This document shows positions 56,753 through 64,000 of a DNA stretch of 64,000 nucleotides, one piece after another. Numbering within the stretch: position 1 is the first letter of the stretch; each line of letters opens with the position of its first letter. The notes beneath the pieces are model-generated. The model was not told the origin of the DNA. It worked only from the letters and a program-made list of their open reading frames with translations, and did no database searches. The stretch is from Patescibacteria group bacterium (GTDB lineage Bacteria > Patescibacteriota > UBA1384 > 2-12-FULL-50-11): contig BOKZ01000001.1 in assembly GCA_016861245.1 (NCBI GenBank), forward strand, positions 415,746-479,745, written 5' to 3'. The translations under genes and the position numbers were made by a program.

Positions 56753-57688
56753 GTGGTGGAAAAGCTCCCCAGAATCGTAGTTGAGAAGCAAGGGTCGCAT
56801 TCCGAAAACCCGCCGAAGGGTATCGAAGTGCCGATCCGTGACGCATTAGCGCGTCACGGCTTCACGGAAGGTTGCTGGTGCATGAAAGTTCGCATGGTGC
56901 ATGCTCGAGGCGAAAGCCATAGCTACCGCGGTGCGCACTTCAAGGGCCTTCGGAATTACGCTCGTGCTCGTAACGTCATCGACGTTGTGTCACAGCCGGG
57001 CGCCGCACATACGGCTTTCCTAGCAGACCTGATTGTGCCGGACTGTTACGACGCAACTCACGTTCTCAACACGGTTCGACAGATCAACACCCTTGATCCG
57101 AACAAAGACGAGGACCTGGAGATGCTCAAGAAAGCATCGCAGTTCGACGTCGGCGCTTCTGCTAAGAGGCGCAGCAACGAACCCATCGCGTCAGTCCGTC
57201 GAAGCAACGAAGCGCGCCAACAAAGGATCGCTAAGTTCCTCGGTAAGCCAAAAAACATCGACGCAGTCGGAGTAGTGATCCAGCGAGAATCTCTCAACGG
57301 TTCTGTTCCGATCAGCGTCCTGGATAAGGCGATCCGGGAAACGCTGCCGTTTCAAATCTCAAGAGATGAGCTGGCGAGTACGCGAGCGATCTTCGTGTTG
57401 AATGAGGATCTTTTGCAGCCGGGTGATGGCGTGTACCACCTTTCCGAACGCGGCCAACTCTGGATCGAGAGCTTACGTCAGCGTGAGCGCGACAACGAAG
57501 CGTTAGCGCAGCAAATGCAGCAGCAGCTTCTTCGGCGGCAGCTTCAGAAATGCGAACGCAGCCTTCGACAGTTCGACGAACGGGTTGAGGCCGAGCGATT
57601 AGCGAGGCTCGAGACTATCCAACAACTCAAGTCACAGCTCGGGATCTTCGAGCAAGGAAGTGAAGAACATGTATTGGTGTTGAGCTAA
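56753..57688 (+). CDS. Hypothetical protein, GC-rich, with a C-terminal Gln/Arg-rich coiled-coil. GTG start with a GGAGG RBS.
   Basis: 311 aa. GGAGG 7 nt upstream of GTG. C-terminal ALAQQMQQQLLRRQLQKCERSLRQFDERVEAERLARLE. Confidence 0.4.
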   Translation: MVEKLPRIVVEKQGSHSENPPKGIEVPIRDALARHGFTEGCWCMKVRMVHARGESHSYRGAHFKGLRNYARARNVIDVVSQPGAAHTAFLADLIVPDCYDATHVLNTVRQINTLDPNKDEDLEMLKKASQFDVGASAKRRSNEPIASVRRSNEARQQRIAKFLGKPKNIDAVGVVIQRESLNGSVPISVLDKAIRETLPFQISRDELASTRAIFVLNEDLLQPGDGVYHLSERGQLWIESLRQRERDNEALAQQMQQQLLRRQLQKCERSLRQFDERVEAERLARLETIQQLKSQLGIFEQGSEEHVLVLS

Positions 57689-57694
57689 CACAAA

Positions 57695-57722
57695 GCCCCA
57701 GCTAGTCTGGGGCGTTTATTTT
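57695..57722. terminator. Bidirectional terminator GCCCCA-GCTAGTC-TGGGGC-GTTTATTTT between convergent genes.
   Basis: 6-bp GC stem, flanked by an A-rich run on one side and a T-rich run on the other. Confidence 0.6.
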
Positions 57723-58382
57723 AATATATTTACCTGGCTCGATATCGCCAAGCTCAAAGCGACCCAATCGAGTGCGCGTTAGCTGCAATACCTCTATTCC
57801 GACAGCAGCACAAATACGGCGGATGATATGATTTCGGCCATCGTGAATAGTAATAAGAAAATCAATTTTGTTTTGACGAATTTTACGCAGCTCTAAGTTA
57901 TCGATCGTTACTGCACCGTCTTTCAGTTTTATCGGCTGCTGTAGTCTTTCCCAGGCTAGTTCGGGGTTTTTTGTCGATCCGACAACGTGATACTCTTTTT
58001 TATGCTCAAATTTCGGATGAGTAAGTTGATAACACAAATTACCGTCGTTTGTGAGCACTACCAGCCCCATCGTTTCGGCGTCTAGCCGACCGCACGGGAA
58101 GACGCGAGGGATGCTCGGCACGAGACCCGTAACGGTCGGTCGATTCTGAGGATCGTCGGCAGTTGTTATCACCCCTTTCGGTTTATTTAATAGATATACC
58201 ACCGGTTGATCACTGAGTGTAAGTAGCTTGTTGTTGAGTGTGACGTTGTCGTTTTCATTAACTTCGGTTGCGAGATTAGTGCAAATCGCTCCGTTTATTT
58301 TTACCTGCCCGCTAATAATAAGCTCATCTGCTTTCCGGCGAGAAAACTCGGTGGTGCTGGCGATAAATTTATTAATTCTCAT
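57702..58382 (-). CDS. rluB: Pseudouridine synthase of the RsuA/RluB family (S4 domain plus catalytic domain). The likely start is MRINKFIA.
   Basis: S4 RNA-binding N-terminus (MRINKFIASTTEFSRRKADELI). Catalytic Asp motif GRLDAETMGLVVLTNDG. Confidence 0.75.
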   Translation of the reverse strand: MRINKFIASTTEFSRRKADELIISGQVKINGAICTNLATEVNENDNVTLNNKLLTLSDQPVVYLLNKPKGVITTADDPQNRPTVTGLVPSIPRVFPCGRLDAETMGLVVLTNDGNLCYQLTHPKFEHKKEYHVVGSTKNPELAWERLQQPIKLKDGAVTIDNLELRKIRQNKIDFLITIHDGRNHIIRRICAAVGIEVLQLTRTRLGRFELGDIEPGKYIKINAPD

Positions 58383-58467
58383 AACGCTCGAATCATTGTT
58401 ATTGTTCTCCAAATACACTACAACTGAAACATATGATTTCACAAATAGCTAAGGTTGAGGAGGAAAA

Positions 58468-59100
58468 ATGAGCGGAGAAGGAAAGTTCTTTGGAATTGTG
58501 GCTGTTGCAGCCGTTGTAATAATTGGCTTAATCGTTATTTTTTCGCGAGGCGGCGAGAAAGTAGTTGACGTCTCCGGCGGTGACGCCTACAAAGTTGGTC
58601 CAGATGACGCCAAAGTAAAGATTATCGCCTTCGAAGATTTTCAGTGTCCTGCTTGCAAAGCGGCTGAGCCGGCGATTCGTCAGATGATAAAGGATTATCC
58701 GACAACCGTTCAGTTTGTGTTTCGTCACTTCCCGCTCCCGATTCACCCCAACGCCGAGGAAGCAGCGCTCGCCGCTGAAGCAGCGGGTGTTCAAGGTAAG
58801 TTTTGGGAGATGAAAGAGTTGATCTACGATACTCAGGAAAACTGGTCAACGATGTCTAACCCCGACAACTACTTCGGTGATTTAGCAAAACAACTCGGAC
58901 TAGATCTCGACAGATTTAAAGACAGTTATCGTTCTGATAGCTTAAAGCAGAAGATCAAAGCTGACTTAGAAGCTGCTGGAGCGGCGCAAGTTAACCAGAC
59001 TCCGACATTTTTTGTTAACGGGAAGAAGGTAACCGGTGCGCAGTCGTTGGATGACTGGAAAAAGCTAATCGACGAAGCGTCGAGTACGCCTACAGAGTAA
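58468..59100 (+). CDS. DsbA-like thiol:disulfide oxidoreductase, membrane-anchored.
   Basis: N-terminal TM. CPAC active site in FEDFQCPACKAAEP. Thioredoxin fold length. Confidence 0.7.
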   Translation: MSGEGKFFGIVAVAAVVIIGLIVIFSRGGEKVVDVSGGDAYKVGPDDAKVKIIAFEDFQCPACKAAEPAIRQMIKDYPTTVQFVFRHFPLPIHPNAEEAALAAEAAGVQGKFWEMKELIYDTQENWSTMSNPDNYFGDLAKQLGLDLDRFKDSYRSDSLKQKIKADLEAAGAAQVNQTPTFFVNGKKVTGAQSLDDWKKLIDEASSTPTE

Positions 59101-59106
59101 ATCGGT

Positions 59107-59880
59107 ATGCAGCTTGAGTCGAAGCAGCTTTTGCTGGCTAAAAATAACGAGCTCGAGCAGCTGCGATCGAACTGGAAAAGTCCTCCCGGGATAGCGCTAA
59201 TCTGGGTTGGTGACGATCAGCAAACTGCTGCGTTTGTTCGGGTTAAACAACGAAAAGCTAAAGAGCTTTCTTGTGTGTTTATGCTTCATCACTTCCCAAC
59301 CATAACTGATCGTCAGCTAAGTGCTGTAATTAATAGTTTGAACGCACGTAAAGATATACACGGTATTGTGTTACAGCTACCGCTACCAAAGAATGTCGAC
59401 ACCGATCGGGCAATTATGGAAATCGCTCCCCAAAAAGACATCGATGGCTTGCGCAGCGATAGTCGACTAACGGCGCCGACTGCTCAGGGAATTGTAGAAC
59501 TATTAGAGCATAACAATGTAGATCTATGGCACTTGAAGACTGCTATCTTAGGTGATGGTCGTTTGGTTGGGCATCCGCTCGCAGAAATTTTCAAGAAAAA
59601 TGGTTGGAGTTTTACTCAATTTTCAACTGATGCCAAGCGACACAGCGCTGAAATCCGGTCGCATGACGTGCTAATTTCAGCAACGGGGCAGAATGGGTTA
59701 GTGAGTGCGGGAATGGTTCGTAAAGAGATGATAGTAGTTGATGGCTCGGGAGTTGACGTCGATATCGAGGCAATTGAACCACTTGTTGCCTTAATTACGC
59801 CGAAAAAGGGCGCAATCGGCCCTTTAACGGTTTGTAATTTGTTTGAGAATTTATTTACTTCTTCGTCGCACGAGGCTTGA
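59107..59880 (+). CDS. folD: FolD-like methylene-THF dehydrogenase/cyclohydrolase (divergent).
   Basis: IHGIVLQLPLPKNVD, KDIDGL, and a substrate-binding Lys region. The NAD-binding motif is degenerate (GDGRLVGHPL). Confidence 0.5.
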   Translation: MQLESKQLLLAKNNELEQLRSNWKSPPGIALIWVGDDQQTAAFVRVKQRKAKELSCVFMLHHFPTITDRQLSAVINSLNARKDIHGIVLQLPLPKNVDTDRAIMEIAPQKDIDGLRSDSRLTAPTAQGIVELLEHNNVDLWHLKTAILGDGRLVGHPLAEIFKKNGWSFTQFSTDAKRHSAEIRSHDVLISATGQNGLVSAGMVRKEMIVVDGSGVDVDIEAIEPLVALITPKKGAIGPLTVCNLFENLFTSSSHEA

Positions 59881-60319
59881 TGACGTTTTCGACTAAGCAG
59901 GAGGAGTAAGTAACAGTTGCTGTCGAAATCCCAGTTGTCATACATGTATCAACGGCAGCTTTTTCAGGAGCGGTAATTGTACCAAGATCAAAGTTAATTT
60001 TAGTAGGATATCTTAAGCCCGGAAAACCTTGCTGCCCTATCCAACTACCAATCGTATCGGTATCGAGAATTATTGTCGTCGGGATACTTATTGATTTGGC
60101 CTTACTGTATAGGTCTGTCTCTTTCCACCCGATACCGACGATACCACTTAGATCGCCCTCAGTACTAACGCCGGTACTGGTATTAGGTTGTACTGCTGTT
60201 GGTAACATATACGCCTCTAAATTTAAAAGTTGTGCCAGCGAACCCCTAAAGCCAAAACCTACTAGCACGCCGATCAACAATCCAACTAAACCGATTACAA
60301 CCACTCTTGGTGTGTTCAT
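59855..60319 (-). CDS. Secreted/membrane-anchored hypothetical protein.
   Basis: 154 aa. N-terminal TM (VVVIGLVGLLIGVLVGFGF). Confidence 0.3.
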   Translation of the reverse strand: MNTPRVVVIGLVGLLIGVLVGFGFRGSLAQLLNLEAYMLPTAVQPNTSTGVSTEGDLSGIVGIGWKETDLYSKAKSISIPTTIILDTDTIGSWIGQQGFPGLRYPTKINFDLGTITAPEKAAVDTCMTTGISTATVTYSSCLVENVIKPRATKK

Positions 60320-60347
60320 ATCCCTCCTTATGTATTACTACCTCTAT

Positions 60348-62090
60348 CTAACTGAGTAACGAGAAATCTGTCAAATACGATACAAGCTTCTTAATCTCAA
60401 CAGTTTTTTGTTCTTGAGTTGCGCGGATTCTTAAGGTAACTTTCTTTTCGGCAAGCTCTTTTTCGCCAATTACCGCAATTACCGGAACTTTTTCGAGCTC
60501 GGCTGTCCGGATTTTTTTACCCAGTGTTTCTTCAGAAGTATCTAACTCTGCTCGGAATTGCTTCGTTATTCCGTCAAATACCTCTTTGCTAAATGCGGCT
60601 GCTTTCTCGGAGACACTCAAGATTTTTATCTGAGTTGGTGCAACCCAAAACGGAAAGTCGCCAGCGTAATGTTCGATAAGGACGGAGATAAAACGTTCCA
60701 ACGAACCCATGACAGCAACATGAATCATAACTGCGCGTTCTTTCTCGCCTTGTTCGTTAATGCAGTACAGATCAAATCGCTCCGGCATATTGAAATCGAG
60801 TTGTATTGTCGCGACTTGCCATTGGCGACCGATCGAGTCTTTCGCCATAAAATCGACCTTCGGACCGTAGAACGCTGCTTCGCCCTCTTGTTCTAATACC
60901 GCTACTTTTCGTGATTTGGCTATCGAGCGCAGCGTCTGCTCGGCTTGCTGCCACTGCTCCGGTTTACCAAGGTACTTCTCCGGCTCTTTCGGGTCGCTTA
61001 AGCTCAATCTAACCTCTAACTTAAAGCCGAATTTTTTGTAAAACGCGTCGACGATATCCCAAGTATCTTTAACCTCTTTTTCGATTTGGCTTGGGCGGCA
61101 GAAGATGTGCGCGTCGTCTTGAGTAAAGCCACGAACCCTAGAAAGTCCCGCTAACTCGCCCGACTGTTCGTCGCGATAAACCATCGTCGTATTCGAGTAA
61201 CGCTGCGGCATATCGCGGTAGCTGTGTTGTTCTGAAGCAAAGATTTGAGTGTGATGCGGGCAGTTCATCGGCTTCATCGCAAATTCGTGACCCTCACGAG
61301 TTTTAACTAAGAACAGCTCGTCTTTAAATTTCTCCCAATGTCCGGAAGTAATGTATAAATCTTTTTTAGTAATGTGAGGAATCTCAACTTTTTGATACCC
61401 CTTTTTTTTACGTAACTCCCAAACAGCGTCGTCGAGAACGTTACGCAAGACGGTACCTTTTGGTTTCCAAAGCGGCAACCCGCTGCCGACTAACTCGGAA
61501 AAGGTGAATAGTCCGAGTTTCGGACCGAGTATTTTATGGTCGCGGCGCTTGGCCTCGGATAGCTGGTCAAGATATTCTTTTAGCTGTTTTTCACTTTCGA
61601 AAGCAGTGCCGTAAATACGAGTTAGCATCGGTTGGTGTTCGTCGCCGCGCCAGTATGCACCGGCAGTAGAAAGGAGTTTAAGCGCTTTAATCTCGTTAGT
61701 AGATTTTACGTGCGGCCCCTTACAGAGGTCCCAAAAACTATCTATGCCGTAGAAACTCAACTCTGTGTCCTCGAGATTCTCGGCGAGCTCGAGTTTGTAA
61801 GGCTGTTGGTCTTTTCGATACTGCTTTTCGGCTTCAGATTTCTTTAGTGTTTTACGAACTACAGGAAAATTTTTGTTAATAATTTTCCACATGCTTTTTT
61901 CCAACACTGAGAGATCCTTTTCAGTAAGAGTTTTAGAAAGCTGGAAGTCGTAGTAAAACCCGTTTTCGATCGGCGGACCGATCGCCAGCTTTGCGTCTGG
62001 ATCCCACTCTAATACAGCCATCGCCAAAACGTGAGCGGCGGTGTGGCGGATTTTGTACAGATTTGATTCCTCGTACGGGATGTTATTCAT
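60348..62090 (-). CDS. thrS: Threonyl-tRNA synthetase (lacks the N-terminal TGS domain).
   Basis: Zn-binding and class II motifs (RHTAAHVLAMAV; SRVRGFTQDDAHIFC; FYGPKVDF). Confidence 0.9.
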   Translation of the reverse strand: MNNIPYEESNLYKIRHTAAHVLAMAVLEWDPDAKLAIGPPIENGFYYDFQLSKTLTEKDLSVLEKSMWKIINKNFPVVRKTLKKSEAEKQYRKDQQPYKLELAENLEDTELSFYGIDSFWDLCKGPHVKSTNEIKALKLLSTAGAYWRGDEHQPMLTRIYGTAFESEKQLKEYLDQLSEAKRRDHKILGPKLGLFTFSELVGSGLPLWKPKGTVLRNVLDDAVWELRKKKGYQKVEIPHITKKDLYITSGHWEKFKDELFLVKTREGHEFAMKPMNCPHHTQIFASEQHSYRDMPQRYSNTTMVYRDEQSGELAGLSRVRGFTQDDAHIFCRPSQIEKEVKDTWDIVDAFYKKFGFKLEVRLSLSDPKEPEKYLGKPEQWQQAEQTLRSIAKSRKVAVLEQEGEAAFYGPKVDFMAKDSIGRQWQVATIQLDFNMPERFDLYCINEQGEKERAVMIHVAVMGSLERFISVLIEHYAGDFPFWVAPTQIKILSVSEKAAAFSKEVFDGITKQFRAELDTSEETLGKKIRTAELEKVPVIAVIGEKELAEKKVTLRIRATQEQKTVEIKKLVSYLTDFSLLS

Positions 62091-62163
62091 CTCAACTATT
62101 GTAAGCTATATACCAACCTGAAAAAAGGTTTGCGATATAGGGTAGATTTGTTACTGTTAATTA

Positions 62164-64000
62164 AATGAGGAGGGTGGCAACGGCTATTGCTAAGTCCTGG
62201 GCTGGAATTACCCGTGCGCTGGCGTACTATCCGCTCGGTTTTTACCTAGGTTTGTTACTAATTGTCGCAGCCGCGTTTTTATACTGGGCGCAAACGGACC
62301 TAGGTTGGAAATTCGATTGGGTACAATTACAGCGGTGGATATCAAATCACGCCATGGCGATACTAGCCCTGTTTACGGGCCTGCTCGGTTTAGTGCTAAT
62401 CGGAAGCGCGATCGCGTATAAGCAGGTAATTGACCTATCGAAACAGGAGTACGTACTATGGCTCCATCAACGAGCGACGAAAGTACTTTTTCCGGTGTTT
62501 TCTCCGCTGCACGATTGGATCCGTTTGCGCAGCCGAATATATCATTGGTGGCACGCCCAATCGTTCTCAAACGTTACGCACTATTTCTTGCTTGTTATCG
62601 CAATCGGTGGATTAGCAAAAACCACCTTCAACTACATTAGTTCAGCTCAAGCATCACACGGCTGTTCGGATGCGGTAACTATTACTGTTAATACAACCTG
62701 GTCAACGAACCAATGCCACGGTGACGTCGTGATTCGAAACGGAGCAACTCTAACAATTAACGGCGGCGTAACTGCCGATCTGAGTAGCTTAAGCGTCGGT
62801 AGCGACTCCCCGGCAGAGAACGGTTTTATCACGGCGAAAGGTGACACTTTAAATAATCTTGGGGTAGTTCTGAATATTGATGGAAATGTCTATATTCGCT
62901 CAGGAAGTTCAATTAGTGGAGACGGCCAAGGTTTTACCGGAGGCGCCACTGGTGGAGGGAACGGTAATGGGCCCGGTGGTGGTACGGGTTCGGCGACCGC
63001 TCACGGTGGTGGCGGTGGGCACGGCGCAGTCGGCGGAGCTCATACTGGAGGAAGTGATGGGCCGGGCGGTACAGCCTATGGCACATTTGATGGGCCTATT
63101 GCGTTGGGCTCGGGTGGTGGTGGCGCCAACGGCGCCGGAACTAACGGAGCCAGTGCTATTAAGATTAATGCAACTAATTCAACTGTGACAATCAGCGGTA
63201 CGATCAGTTTCAACGGGGATACAACTACCTGTGGAGCAGGTGCTACAGCTCCTGGTGGTGGATCAGGTGGAAGTGTCTGGATCGTAGCAAATACATTGGC
63301 TGGTAGCGGAACGGTTAGGGCTAATGGTGGAAGATGTACGACTTATACCGATACTCCTGGCGGAGCGGGGGGCAGAATATTTATTTCGGCGACGAACGAC
63401 TCGTCGTCATTAACAAAACAAGCATACGGCGGATCCGGTTTGAGCGGGACAACTCATCGCGGCGGTGCTGGTACGATTGTTCACAACAACGCGCTTGCGG
63501 TTGTCAACGATTCGGTTAACTCAACGGGTATCTCCCCATCAACACCGTTTACAGGAAGCAGTTATAGTTTTATCTCGACAACGGTTTCCTATGCTTCAAC
63601 TATTGAACTGGGAGCTGCGACTAGTTTTTCCGGTGGAGCTTTAACAATCAACAACGGCACGAATACATTTAATATTCCGCAGAATATCAGCTCCGAACCG
63701 ACATTTTCTTCGATAAACATAGCATCCGGAGGCACACTGAGACATCCGGCAAATAGTAGTACCCATTCTTACTCATTAATACTAGCTTCGACCGGGGCAG
63801 TCACTGTTACAGGTAACGTGACACTTGATGGACTGGGCTATACAGGTGGAGGAGTTAATACGGCCGGAAACGGTCCCGGCGGTGGGCTTGGTTCCGGCAC
63901 GGGATGTGGTGGCAGTGGTGCCCATGTCGGTAATGGTCAGGGTGGTGTGGGTGTGTGTGGTAGTGGTGGAGCAAACGGTGGCACGGCATATGGCACAGTG
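62164..64000 (+). CDS. Giant membrane-anchored, Gly-rich repeat surface protein, partial (continues past the window end). Not in the ORF track because there is no stop in the window.
   Basis: The frame is open from ATG 62164 to 64000 (more than 612 codons). It has three N-terminal TM helices and then repeated units of about 290 aa containing NGPGGG...GSG...GGAH...GGSDGPGGTAYGT / GGANGGTAYGTV blocks. This looks like a beta-helix / adhesin-like architecture. Confidence 0.55.

Noticed and set aside
62430-63188. Small ORFs (61, 60, 66 and 103 aa) listed in the ORF track.
   Set aside because: All lie inside, in alternative frames, or antisense to the long open frame 62164 to beyond 64000 that encodes the Gly-rich repeat protein.

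Overview
This 64 kb window looks like a compact, low-GC (~45%) bacterial chromosome segment. Gene content and gene size are reminiscent of Patescibacteria/CPR-like genomes, but that is inference only. The standard genetic code applies: TGA, TAA and TAG all occur as stops. Housekeeping genes dominate: greA, serS, secA, ftsE/ftsX plus a PcsB-like coiled-coil-CHAP hydrolase, ppiB, tmRNA (ssrA), gmk, a DEAD-box helicase, typA, glmS, a PfkB kinase, a PyrE-like PRTase, rluB, dsbA-like, folD-like and thrS. Accessory content includes metal-transport genes (NRAMP, VIT, a low-affinity iron permease, CaCA, and a copper operon arsR-permease/cupredoxin-copZ-copA). Cell-surface and polysaccharide genes are also present: a type IV pilin, two GT2 enzymes, a GH26-like hydrolase, a heparinase-II/III-like lyase, and a Ser/Thr/Asn-rich surface protein. 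Six tRNAs are present. The notable items are listed below. (1) A GC-rich (55-60%) patchwork at about 51.8-57.7 kb, bounded or interrupted by tRNA-His, tRNA-Arg and tRNA-Lys, carries an orphan ParB-like (GHRR) protein next to a divergent HhH-GPD/Fe-S glycosylase-like gene. (2) An XRE-HTH::Hsp20 (alpha-crystallin) fusion regulator has a perfect palindromic operator. (3) A three-member tandem family of secreted paralogs flanks tRNA-Val and ppiB. (4) About 18-nt duplicates of the tRNA 3' end lie 50-70 bp downstream of tRNA-Val and tRNA-Lys, which looks like att-like scars. (5) A decaying IS1595-family transposase sits inside a GC-rich patch with a possibly disrupted gene and an S49/ClpP-class protease. 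(6) A giant Gly-rich, membrane-anchored repeat protein runs off the 3' end of the window and is absent from the ORF track. (7) A 400-bp non-coding region with a perfect 13-bp hairpin follows tRNA-Arg. No CRISPR array was found.
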